DNA from: an uncultured delta proteobacterium
Lineage (GTDB): Bacteria; Myxococcota; Myxococcia; Myxococcales; Myxococcaceae
Assembly (NCBI GenBank): GCA_963713045.1
Contig: CAVQKE010000006.1
Location: 128,001 to 192,000, forward strand
Length of the DNA: 64,000 nucleotides
Reading direction: 5' to 3'
A model generated the notes under the pieces. That model worked only from the letters and a program-made list of their open reading frames with translations, had not been told where the DNA came from and did no database searches. Position numbers and translations under genes: made by a program. This document shows positions 49,571 through 61,249 of the stretch, one piece after another. Every line of letters starts with the position of its first letter. Within the stretch, counting starts at the first letter, position 1.

Positions 49571-49811
49571 GGGGGTGTCCTCCTGCGGGGGGATGGCGAG
49601 GCGGGACGCTCCTGGGTCGGACCGCTGGTTGTCAAGCACGGGTTTCCCCCTGCGGCCCCTTTGGGCCCGAGGCCGAGGTCCGGTTGCGGGCGCCCGTCAC
49701 GTCCCCCGGGGGCTCCCCCGGGGGGCCCGGGCACCCACTCGCCAAGTGCGGATGGCGGATCCGTCCTGTAAGCTGCGCCTCCCAATTGAAGCGCGGAGGG
49801 CTGCGGAGACG

Positions 49812-51527
49812 GTGAGCGACGCGCGCGCGGAGGCGCTTCTTAAAAGCGCTCTGGAGAAAATCGTCTACTTCGAGGCCCGCTCAGGGCAGCTAGAAGCAGA
49901 CGCTTCCGCGGCGCTCGCCGAGGTGGACCGGCTGAAAGCGGAGCTGGCTGCGGCCGGGGCGCTGGAAGTGGAGTTGCGAGGCCAGCTGGCAGAACGCGAC
50001 GTGACATTGGCCCGAGTACACCGCGACCGCGATGAATTGGGGCGGGTGGTGGAGACGCTTCGGGCCGAGCGCACCGCGCTGTTGGACAAGCTGTTGGACG
50101 CGGCTTCCATCCGCGGGGTCCTCTCCGACGAGGACGGCTCCTTTGACTTGGCGGCCTTCATTTCCCAGCTGCGCAGCGAGGTGCTGACGGCCAAAAGCCC
50201 CCCTGAAGGAGTCGGGCAGCGGCCGGCCGCCTCGGAGGGCCTGCCGCGCGAGCCCATCCACCAGGAGGCGGCCGATGACGCGGTGGCCTTTCAGGCGGAG
50301 GTGGCGCGGCAGATGGCCCAAGGCGTCTGGGGCGAAGCCTCCGAGGCACCGCCCGTGCCCCCTCCACCGCCCGCCGCCCGGCCGGCGCTGGGGGCCGTGG
50401 GCCGCCGCGAGGAGAGGCCGGCGCGGGCCGTGCTTCAGCTGGACGCGGAGGGGGCGGACTGGGCGCCCGCGGCTTCCGCCCGCAGGGTGGCCCCCGCCGC
50501 AGCCGCTTCCCCCACCACCACGCTGGCCGAGCGGCTGTGGACGGAAGGGCGGCTCGGCCGCCGGCGGGCGACCCCGGACTGGGCGCGCCCCGCCGCGGAC
50601 GACACCCTGTATGGCTTCTCGGTGCGGGAACTGTCTGCGCCGGAAGCGGCGGCGCGCGTGCGAGCCGCCGAGCGGCTGGGGGCCCTCGGGGAGAGGCGGG
50701 CGGCGCCCGCCTTGGCGACGGCCCTGCACGCCGAGCGGGAGCCGCGGGCGGTGGTGGCTTTCCTCGAGGCGCTGCGGCGGTTGGCTGGTAAGGAGGGGGC
50801 GGCCGTGGTGGAGCCCTTCGCCGACGCCCCGTCCCCCGAGGTGCGCATTGCCGCCCTCCGGGCGCTGGTGACCCTGGACGCCCAGCGGGCCGTGCCCCAG
50901 CTGCAGCGTGCCGCCCGGGACGCGGACGCCAGCGTCCGGCGACGCGCGACCTTGCTTCGCTTGCAGCTGCCAGCTGCCTGCGCGGCCGCCCTGGAATGCC
51001 CGCCGACGGCCGAAGCGGACCCAGAAGTCCGCCGCGTCTCGGCGCTGGCCGCCGGAGCCACCGGCGGCCGCGAGGCCCGCGCCACTCTCCTCGCCGCTCT
51101 GGATGACTCCGCCTTGGAGGTGCGCCAGGCCGCCGCCCGCAGCCTGAGTCGGCTTCTTGGCGTGGGGGTGGAGGACGTGGCCGCTTTGGAGGGCCCTCCC
51201 AGGCGGCGGGAAATTCGCCGACTGACGGCCCTGCCAGCTGCCCCGGTGTCCGCTGGAGGCCACCCCCCAGCGCAGCCGACTCTGGTGCCTGTCGCCCAGA
51301 CGCCTGGCCGCACCGAAGTGGCGGTGGTGGAGGCCATGGGGCCGCTGGCCGCAGAGTCGGTGGGCGAGCGGCTGCTCGTGGAATTGCAGTCGGCCATGCG
51401 CGGGTGCACCCTCGCAGAGTTGGTCCGGCTGTTGGGCGCACCTCCCGAGGCCATTGAGAGCGCCTGCGCGCTTCTCACTGCCCGGGGACAGGTGGTACGG
51501 CGTGGCTTGAAACTCTTCGTCGCTTGA
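49812..51527 (+). CDS. pomY: PomY-like coiled-coil / HEAT-repeat cell-division positioning protein
   Basis: ALLKSALEKIVYFE coiled coil, Pro/Ala spacer, HEAT repeats, C-terminal winged-helix-like segment; directly upstream of pomZ-pomX. Confidence 0.8.
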   Translation: MSDARAEALLKSALEKIVYFEARSGQLEADASAALAEVDRLKAELAAAGALEVELRGQLAERDVTLARVHRDRDELGRVVETLRAERTALLDKLLDAASIRGVLSDEDGSFDLAAFISQLRSEVLTAKSPPEGVGQRPAASEGLPREPIHQEAADDAVAFQAEVARQMAQGVWGEASEAPPVPPPPPAARPALGAVGRREERPARAVLQLDAEGADWAPAASARRVAPAAAASPTTTLAERLWTEGRLGRRRATPDWARPAADDTLYGFSVRELSAPEAAARVRAAERLGALGERRAAPALATALHAEREPRAVVAFLEALRRLAGKEGAAVVEPFADAPSPEVRIAALRALVTLDAQRAVPQLQRAARDADASVRRRATLLRLQLPAACAAALECPPTAEADPEVRRVSALAAGATGGREARATLLAALDDSALEVRQAAARSLSRLLGVGVEDVAALEGPPRRREIRRLTALPAAPVSAGGHPPAQPTLVPVAQTPGRTEVAVVEAMGPLAAESVGERLLVELQSAMRGCTLAELVRLLGAPPEAIESACALLTARGQVVRRGLKLFVA

Positions 51528-51551
51528 GAAGCGGGGATACCCGAAAAACCC

Positions 51552-52517
51552 ATGGACGCACCCAGCTACAGCGCGAAAGAGGCCGCCAACGTCCTCGGGC
51601 TCCCACTGCGGACCATGCAGTCGGCACTCAAGCTCGAGAAGTACTCGGGCGTGGACTTGTGGTCAATCCGCCACACGCTGCAACACTTTCCCCGACCCTT
51701 GGGCCACCGGCGTCAGCTGTTTCTCAACTTCAAAGGCGGCACCGGGAAGACGGCCCTGTCCACTTCCTATGCCTGGCGGATGGCGGAGCTCGGCTACCAC
51801 GTGCTGCTGGTGGACTTGGACAGCCAGGGCCACGCCACCAAGTGCCTCGGCTTCGAAGGCGAGGACTTCGAGAAGACGCTGCTCAACGTGCTGGTGCGCA
51901 AGGCCCCGTTGGACGAAGTCATCCAGCATTCGCCGATGCCCAACTTGGACTTCGTCCCGAGCAACCTCACGATGAGTACCGTCGACTTGGCGCTGATGCC
52001 GATGTCGGCGCGGGAATTCAAACTGAAGAATGCCCTGAAGGACGTGAGCCAGCGCTACGACGTCATCGTGTTTGACGCGCCGCCGTCCTTCGGACTGCTC
52101 AACCTCAACGCGCTGATGGCTGCCGACGACCTCTTCGTCCCGGTGCTGGCGGACTTCCTCTCCTTCCATGGGCTGAAGCTCCTCTTCGAGACGGTGCAAA
52201 GCCTGGAGGAGGACTTGGCCCACGTGCTGGACCACGTCTTCATCATCGTCAACGCCTTCAACCACAGCTTCAAGCTGGCCAAAGAGGCCCTCGAGGCCCT
52301 GAAGACGCACTACCCGGAATACATGCTGACCGCCATGGTGCGGCAGTGCACCAAGTTTGCCCAGGCCTCCTCGGAGGGCGTTCCGGTCTTCATCGCCGAC
52401 CGAGACTCCAAGGGGGCCACGGACATCGACGGGATGGTGACGGAGGTGCTGGCGCGCATTGAAGCAGCCCACGGCCAAGGGACGTCGGGCGGCCGGGATG
52501 AAAAGAAAGCCGGGTGA
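51552..52517 (+). CDS. pomZ: PomZ ParA/MinD-family ATPase
   Basis: NFKGGTGKT, DLDSQGHAT, FDAPPSFG, RQCTKFAQAS; N-terminal HTH-like extension; synteny. Confidence 0.85.
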   Translation: MDAPSYSAKEAANVLGLPLRTMQSALKLEKYSGVDLWSIRHTLQHFPRPLGHRRQLFLNFKGGTGKTALSTSYAWRMAELGYHVLLVDLDSQGHATKCLGFEGEDFEKTLLNVLVRKAPLDEVIQHSPMPNLDFVPSNLTMSTVDLALMPMSAREFKLKNALKDVSQRYDVIVFDAPPSFGLLNLNALMAADDLFVPVLADFLSFHGLKLLFETVQSLEEDLAHVLDHVFIIVNAFNHSFKLAKEALEALKTHYPEYMLTAMVRQCTKFAQASSEGVPVFIADRDSKGATDIDGMVTEVLARIEAAHGQGTSGGRDEKKAG

Positions 52518-52527
52518 GGTGCACGGC

Positions 52528-53508
52528 ATGAAGAAGGCCTTCGAGCAAAACGTCTCCCGTGCTCGGCCTCGCTTGAAGCTGGGTAGCCTCCTCGAGGAGG
52601 CCGCCCCCGACGCTGCACCCCCCGAGGAACCGGTGCCCCAGCAGCCGCCCGCGGCGCGTGCCCCGGCGCCGGCGGCCAAGCCCTCGGCCCCCCCAGTCGA
52701 GGAGGACGCCCCGGGTGTCCCGTCGCCGCGGCGCGGCGCGGTGGCGGTGGCGGACATGCTGGCCCGGCATGCGGCCCCCGCTGCCCCGGCCCAGGCGCCC
52801 GTCGCTTCCACGCCTCCCCCGCGCGCCGCTGCGCCGCCGGCTGACGGGGAGGACGGCCCCTCGGTCCGGCGCGAGCGCCTTCGGCAGCGCCTCAAGGCCG
52901 CGCGCGAGCAGCCTCGGCCGGCGCCGCTTCCTGCCACCGCCGCGGCAGCCGGCGTGCTGGCGGTGGAGCGGATTGCAGCGCTGCAGACGGAGTTGTCCCA
53001 GGCGCGGGCCCTCAACCTTGGGCTGAGTCAGGAGTTGGAGGCGGCCCGCCGTCACGCGGAGCGGGCCGTCGAAGAAGCCAGGGCCCGGGTGGACGAGGCC
53101 AAGCGGCTGGCCTCCGAGGTGGAGGGGCGCACCAAGTTGCTGGCGGACTTGGAGAGGGAATTGGCTGCGCTGGAAGGCGAGCGCGATGAGATGCTGCTTG
53201 CGGTGCAGGACTTGCGCGCCCGCGAGGCGGCCAATGCCGAGGAGCGCCAGCGGCTGGACGCGGAGTTGGCTGAGAAGGACAGGCAAATTTCCGACGGCCT
53301 GGCGGAGGAGGAGCGGCTGGCCGGCGAGGTGGAGAGCTACCGCGAGGAGTTGGAGGCGCTGCGCCGCACGGTGGCTGCCCTCACCACCGAGCGAGAGTTG
53401 CTGGCGCGCCAAGTGGCGGACCTCACCGCTGAACGGCAGGAACTGTTGGATGCCCGAAAGGCCCTGGAGGCCGTCCACCGCGCTCTCAGCGAGGCGGTCT
53501 CTCGCTAG
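52528..53508 (+). CDS. pomX: PomX ATPase-activating coiled-coil protein
   Basis: N-terminus MKKAFEQNVSRARPRLKLG, Ala/Pro linker, long C-terminal coiled coil. Confidence 0.85.
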   Translation: MKKAFEQNVSRARPRLKLGSLLEEAAPDAAPPEEPVPQQPPAARAPAPAAKPSAPPVEEDAPGVPSPRRGAVAVADMLARHAAPAAPAQAPVASTPPPRAAAPPADGEDGPSVRRERLRQRLKAAREQPRPAPLPATAAAAGVLAVERIAALQTELSQARALNLGLSQELEAARRHAERAVEEARARVDEAKRLASEVEGRTKLLADLERELAALEGERDEMLLAVQDLRAREAANAEERQRLDAELAEKDRQISDGLAEEERLAGEVESYREELEALRRTVAALTTERELLARQVADLTAERQELLDARKALEAVHRALSEAVSR

Positions 53509-53634
53509 GCTGCTGTCGGGGGCCTGTGGACAGGGGCTTGGCCCGTTGTTGGGTGCGGATGAAACGAGGGCGCACGGGGCCCCTTCACCGGCAGGGCCTT
53601 GCGCTTGGCCCCCGCCGCTGGGCCCCCGGTTGGC

Positions 53635-53790
53635 CTAGACGCGCTGGGCAGCGGGGCTGTCCGCGGCGCCGGTGTAGGCGCTGACCAGCACACCGGAGCC
53701 GCCCACGCCCACGGCGAAGAAGACGCATGCGGCGACAATCAGCCCCAGCGAGCGGCTGTGGCGGCTGGAGGCGAACAGGGCACTGGCCAT
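53635..53790 (-). CDS. Small single-TM protein (51 aa, below the ORF-track cutoff)
   Basis: Hand translation MASALFASSRHSRSLGLIVAACVFFAVGVGGSGVLVSAYTGAADSPAAQRV; GGAG RBS; GC-rich third positions. Confidence 0.65.
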   Translation of the reverse strand: MASALFASSRHSRSLGLIVAACVFFAVGVGGSGVLVSAYTGAADSPAAQRV

Positions 53791-53846
53791 GGCTTGGGAC
53801 TCCGGTTGCCTGGGCGGAGAGTCGCCCGCGGACGTTTCCCGGGTAC

Positions 53847-53862
53847 TGCAGCCGCAATGCCA
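53847..53862 (-). promoter_or_regulatory. Putative sigma-54 promoter
   Basis: TGGCATTGCGGCTGCA: GG-N10-GC spacing with TGGCA and TGCA cores, 56 bp upstream of the 51-aa ORF. Confidence 0.55.
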
Positions 53863-54030
53863 GGGGAAAACCCCGAGGAAACACTGGCGCTTTCCTTCGG
53901 CCAGCTCAGCCTTTTGTAGCCGTGGCCGCTACGGGTCTCGGCCCGCTGTTGCCCGCGGCACACCCCCCACACGGGTGGGGCACCCGACGGGTGCCCGCGC
54001 TGCAGACAACTGCCTTCAGCCGTCAGCCCC

Positions 54031-54879
54031 TTACTGGCCCCATCCGTTGCCGCCCCAGCCCCCGTGCGTGCCCTTGCCGTGGAAGTGGCGCAGGTCCGCG
54101 CAGGGGACGAGGCAGGTGGCAGGGCTGCCGGAGGCGGGGAGGACGCAGCTGCCCACAGGGCCGTCACCCCAGTCCCGGTGCCAAAAACCGAAGGTGCAGC
54201 TCGCCCCCGCGTCCAAGCCTTGGCAGGCTGCCACGCCGGGCGACTCCGCTGGCCGACAGGCCAGTGGCCCAGCGTCCGCTGGGCCGAGTCCGCAGACGCC
54301 AGCCTTCGTCCCGGCGTCCCAAGCCTCCGGCCGGGTGCAGGCCTCTCCAGCGGTCTTGCCGGAACAGGCCTCCACGGCGGCGAGCTGCCGCGGCCGGACG
54401 CGGCCGCAGAAAAGTGTGGTGCCGTCCGGCGCGGTGAGGCAGCTGCCCGCGAAGCTGCCGCCCCGCTTGCCCTCGGCTTGGCAGGCGGCCCCGGCTGCCT
54501 TGCCACTGCAGGCATTCACCAGCGCGGACAGCGGCGCGCGAGGGTTGGGGGCGCAGGCCACTGCGGTCCCGTCCAGCGTCGGCCGACAGGTGCCAGGCCA
54601 TGTCCAGCCGGCGTCCTGGTGGCCGAACAGCGAACAGCTGCCGCCCGCGGCCACGCCAGCGCAGGCGTCCAGCTGCGCCGCGGACGGCGCACAGCGAAGG
54701 GCAGTGACGGAGTTTGAAGACGTCCCGGTGGTGCCGCCGTCTGAGGAAGAGGCCCCGTTGGCCGTCGTCGAGGTGCCCGCGTTTTGGGTTGGCGTCGGGG
54801 CCGTCGCTCCGCCGCACCCGAGGAAAGTGAAGAGGGACGCCAAAACCAAAAGAGGCCGCGCGCCGAGGGACTGCTTCAT
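54031..54879 (-). CDS. Cys-repeat lipoprotein
   Basis: Lipobox FLGC, Ser/Thr linker, four repeats starting ACxGxxAGxxC. Confidence 0.75.
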   Translation of the reverse strand: MKQSLGARPLLVLASLFTFLGCGGATAPTPTQNAGTSTTANGASSSDGGTTGTSSNSVTALRCAPSAAQLDACAGVAAGGSCSLFGHQDAGWTWPGTCRPTLDGTAVACAPNPRAPLSALVNACSGKAAGAACQAEGKRGGSFAGSCLTAPDGTTLFCGRVRPRQLAAVEACSGKTAGEACTRPEAWDAGTKAGVCGLGPADAGPLACRPAESPGVAACQGLDAGASCTFGFWHRDWGDGPVGSCVLPASGSPATCLVPCADLRHFHGKGTHGGWGGNGWGQ

Positions 54880-55015
54880 GGTCTCCACCTCCGCAAGGCC
54901 GGGCCGCGCTGGCAGCGCGCCGCTCGGCCAACCCCTTTGGACCCCCGCGCCGGGGAGGAAGTTAAGCCCAGGGGCTTGAAGGCCGGACAGCGGGGCGCAA
55001 ACCCGCAGGGCCCCC

Positions 55016-55037
55016 GGGGGCGAAGCGCTTCGCCCCC
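55016..55037 (-). terminator. Hairpin downstream of rnz
   Basis: GGGGGCGAAG-cg-CTTCGCCCCC inverted repeat; no U-tract. Confidence 0.35.
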
Positions 55038-55111
55038 CCCCGGGTGTCTGGACACCGGCAGCGGGAGGCGTCCGTCAAAGGCTTGGCCGCCGTCGGCCGG
55101 GGCTGCCCGTT

Positions 55112-56035
55112 TCACTCCCGCAGGGGGATGTCGACCGTCATCCCATCGTGGGCGACTTCCACCGGTCCGCTGTATTCGGCCCGCGCCTGGGCCAGCAGCC
55201 GCGAGGGGTCCGTGTCGTGGCGAGAGCTGAGGTGGGTGAGGATGAGGCGGCGCGCCGCGGCGGCCTGGGCGATTCGCCCGGCCTCCCTCGCCGTGGAATG
55301 CCGCGTCTCCAGCGCGCGCTGCTGCTCGTCGTCGCTGAAGGTGGACTCATGAATCAGCACATCGGCGTCCCGCGCCGCTTCCACCATCGCTTCGCAGGGG
55401 CGCGTGTCGCCGGACAGCACCAGGCGCCGGCCTGGCCGGGAGGGCCCGACGACGTCGCCGGGCTGGACCGTCTTGCCGTCCAGCGCCACCACCGCCTCGC
55501 CGCGCTGCAGCCGTCCGAAGTCCGGGCCTTCCCGCACGCCCAGGGCCCGGGCCCGTTCCAGGTTGAAGCGTCCCGTCCGCTCGTCTTCCTCCAGCACATA
55601 GCCGAGGGCGTTAATCCGGTGTTGCACCGCGACGGCGCGGACGGCGTAGCCTGAGCGCTGGATGCGCTCGCCGTCTTTCAACTCGAGAATTTCCAAGGGA
55701 AAGCCGAGCGCCTCGACGCCGAGGTGCACCGCCTGGTTGAGGAGGCGCTTGGCCGGGGGCGGCCCGTACAGCGTCAGCCCCTGCTCGCGTCCCATCATCC
55801 CCAGGGTGCGCAGAAAGCCAATGATTCCGAGGTAGTGGTCGGCGTGGAAATGGGTGAAGTACACCGCGTCCACGCTGAAGCCGGTGCCGTAGCGAATCAT
55901 CTGCCGCTGGCTCCCCTCGCCACAGTCGAAGAGGAGCAGCTCGGTGTCGGCCTTGACGCTGAGGCCGGAGAGGTTTCGGTGGATGGTGGGCTGTGCGGCC
56001 GAGGTGCCGAGAAAGGTGAAGCGCAGAACCGACAT
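55112..56035 (-). CDS. rnz: Ribonuclease Z
   Basis: FLGTSAAQPT, DCGEGSQRQ, THFHADH, GP exosite, SGDTRP, HESTF, HST. Confidence 0.94.
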   Translation of the reverse strand: MSVLRFTFLGTSAAQPTIHRNLSGLSVKADTELLLFDCGEGSQRQMIRYGTGFSVDAVYFTHFHADHYLGIIGFLRTLGMMGREQGLTLYGPPPAKRLLNQAVHLGVEALGFPLEILELKDGERIQRSGYAVRAVAVQHRINALGYVLEEDERTGRFNLERARALGVREGPDFGRLQRGEAVVALDGKTVQPGDVVGPSRPGRRLVLSGDTRPCEAMVEAARDADVLIHESTFSDDEQQRALETRHSTAREAGRIAQAAAARRLILTHLSSRHDTDPSRLLAQARAEYSGPVEVAHDGMTVDIPLRE

Positions 56036-56161
56036 TCCGGCGGAGGCCACGGGAGGCGAGCGGTTAGCACGCGCCCGGGGCGAGCGCCAAGGCCGCGGCA
56101 TGCAGGGAAAACCGCGGGCCTCAGCCGTGCTGGGCAGGGTTCGCCGAAGGCCCGCCCAGCG

Positions 56162-58642
<2,481 letters not shown>

Positions 58643-58881
58643 GGTGAACCACTCCTCACGAGGAAGGTCGAGGGGTTGGCCGCCCGCACCGTTGGTGCGA
58701 GCGCTTCAGCGCAGCCTCGCCCCGGGGAAGCCCTCCCCGGGAAGGGCCCCGCCTCTAGCACAGCCGGCGCAGGCGTTGAAAGGCTCCCGCGCGGGCTGGC
58801 GGTTGGGTTGGTGACAAACTGGCGCCAGTTGGGGGAAAGAATTTCCCTTCCGCGGAGGCGTGGCGGGCCCCCCAAAGGGCT

Positions 58882-59628
58882 TCATCCCCGCATTCTCTCA
58901 AACAGGGCAGTCGGCAACAGCCGCAAGACGGCCATGATGAGGCGCCAATAGGCCGGTGCGTACACCACCGGCCAGCCAGCTTCCAGGCCCCGGTGGATGC
59001 GCCGGCCGACGTCATCCACGTCGGCCAACAGCCGAGTGCGTGTCACCCGGCCCACCGTCATCGGCGTGGCCACCGGCCCGGGCTTCACTGTCACCACCCG
59101 CACGCCGGCGCGGGAAAGCCTCTGCCCGAGGCCGCTGGCGTAGCTGGAGAGGGCAGCCTTGGAGGCGCCGTAGACGTAATTCTCGGCACGGCCTCGGTCG
59201 CCGGCCACCGAGGACAAAGCCGCCACCGTCCCATGGCCCGCGTCCTCCATGCGGCGGCCGACCGCTTCCAGAAGGGACGCGGCACTGACGAAGTTGGTCT
59301 GCCAACACAGCTGGGCAATGCGGCTGTCGGCCAGCGCCTCGGCCTGCACCGGGAGGACGCCGTGGGCCACCAAGGCGACGTCCAGGCCACCCAGGGCCTG
59401 CTCGGCACGGGCCACCAACTGCGGGTGCCGTTCCAGTTCCAACAAGTCCGCCACCTCCGTCGACAGGGCGGAGGCACCACGGACGCGCAAATCCGCGGCC
59501 ACCACGTCCAAGTACTGGCGGTTGCGCGCCACCAAGGCGAGTCGGGCGCCCCCTTCGGCGTACCGTCGGCACACCGCCTGGGCAATGGCGCTGGTGGCGC
59601 CCAGCACAAGCACGCGGCGAGGGGGCAT
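58882..59628 (-). CDS. SDR oxidoreductase, DprE2-like
   Basis: LGATSAIA, SSVAGDRGRAENYVYGASK, KPGPVATPMT. Confidence 0.85.
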   Translation of the reverse strand: MPPRRVLVLGATSAIAQAVCRRYAEGGARLALVARNRQYLDVVAADLRVRGASALSTEVADLLELERHPQLVARAEQALGGLDVALVAHGVLPVQAEALADSRIAQLCWQTNFVSAASLLEAVGRRMEDAGHGTVAALSSVAGDRGRAENYVYGASKAALSSYASGLGQRLSRAGVRVVTVKPGPVATPMTVGRVTRTRLLADVDDVGRRIHRGLEAGWPVVYAPAYWRLIMAVLRLLPTALFERMRG

Positions 59629-59633
59629 TGGCG

Positions 59634-60934
59634 CTAGCCCTCCTGCTGGACACGCCGCCAAAAGCCGGAGGAAAAGCGCGGGTCGACGTGGGCAGAAAAC
59701 GCCTTCCATGCCGGGTAGCCAAGGCGGAAGGTATCGGCGGACATGCGGGCGTCCTTGGCTGGGTAAAGCCGGCCGCCGTGCGCCCGGACGACAGCGTCCA
59801 GCTTTTCCAAGAGTGCCAAGTGGCCTCCCCGCGCGAGGGGAAGTCCAAGGCCAGTGTCCAGCCCGGGCGAGGAAAGGAAAGCAACCCCGGGCTGGGGACA
59901 TCCGAAAACGTCTTGAGGACGGTGAGGAAGCTGCCCTGGCCGCTCTCGGCTGAGACCGCCAGCAACTCGGCGACGGCCTCGCGGCCGGGGACGACGCTTT
60001 GGTGCTGCAAAAGCCCCCGGCTGCCGTACAGGCGGTTCCAATTCCCGACCGCGTCCAGGGGGTGGAGAAACTTCCACAGCGACATTCGGCGGACGCGTCC
60101 TCGGGGCCAGTGCCGGACCGCCGCGTTGAAGGCCCGCACCAGCGGAGCGGACAGCAGCGCGTCCGGTGCGTCGAAGGGCACCGACAGCCGCGTCCTGGGC
60201 GCCGGCAGTGGCCCGGTGGCCTCGGCGTGGTTGCCGCGGAAGAAGAGGCCTCGGCCGAGGGCCTTCCCCTTGGCCAACCCGTCCACCCAAGCAACGGTAT
60301 AGCCGTGCGTCGTGTCCGAGGCGGCGGCCAACTCGGCGAAGCCTTCGAGGTTGGAGAAGGGCACTGTCTCCACGTCCACCCAGGGCCCAGGGACAGGCGA
60401 CAGCTGCAGCTCCACCCAGGTCATCAGTCCGGTGAGGCCCAGTCCCGCCACCGTGGCGCGGAAGAGGTCCGCGTTGGCCGACGGCCCACACACCAGGCGC
60501 GTCCCGTCGCCGCGCACCAACTCCAGGGCACGCACGTGCCGGCCAAACGTCCCGGCCCGGTGGTGGTTTTTCCCGTGCACGTCATTGGCCACCGCCCCGC
60601 CCACGGTGACGAAACGCGTGCCGGGGACGACGGGGGGAAACCAGCGGCGGGGCAGCGTCAACTCCGCCACCTCACCCAAGCTGCAACCCGCCTCGCAGCG
60701 CAGCACGCCCGTCTCCGCGTCAAAGGCCAGGACGCGCCGAAGCCCCCGCGTCAACAGCACCGGGCCGTCCGGGTTGAGGCACACGTCGCCGTAGCTGCGC
60801 CCAAGGCCATAGGGCAGCAAAGGTTGCGCCGTCGCCGGAAGCCCATCGCTGGCCCAGGCCAGGGCAAGCGAAGTCTGGACGACAGGCGGGTAGCGGCCCC
60901 ACGAGGAGGGCCCGGCAGCATCCCCGGGAGCCAT
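59634..60934 (-). pseudogene. FAD-binding oxidoreductase, DprE1-like, one frameshift near 59820
   Basis: SWGR, GLGRSYGD, PGTRFVTVGGAVANDVHGKNHH, TLALDFP; the other frame continues GGRLYPAKDARM...FWRR. Confidence 0.82.
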
Positions 60935-61249
60935 GTGCAGAAGGGCTTACCACGCGGGGGCCGCTGTCGGCAGCGTGGCGGCGCCGCACCGGCGCACACG
61001 CCCGGGTGTGGACCGCGCTGAAGGGAGACGCCATGCCTGAAGGACAAAGGCGCCTCGCCTTGCAACATGGCTTCACCCCAGCTGGCCGGACTGGCGGCGT
61101 CCTTGGCGCGAAGCGCCTGGGCGGCACGGACTGCACCGACGTCCGGCCCTTGCCCCGAAGCCTCCCCTTCTGGCGGTGGAGCGGTGCGCTGGTGTGGGCA
61201 GCGAGGGCAGCCCGCCTGGCGTCGCCGGGCTGTGGTAGCCCTCCATCCT

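Noticed and set aside
51552..52517. Second parA as a sign of a plasmid or integrated element
   Set aside because: No parB or rep gene; neighbours identify it as pomZ.
53599..53919. 106-aa plus-strand ORF
   Set aside because: Reads as the antisense of the 51-aa minus-strand ORF, which has an RBS, a TM segment and a promoter.
59012..60934. 640-aa DprE1 fusion and 470-aa SDR from the ORF track
   Set aside because: The 640-aa ORF is read-through from the frameshift near 59820; the 470-aa ORF is an upstream extension of the SDR, which starts at 59628.
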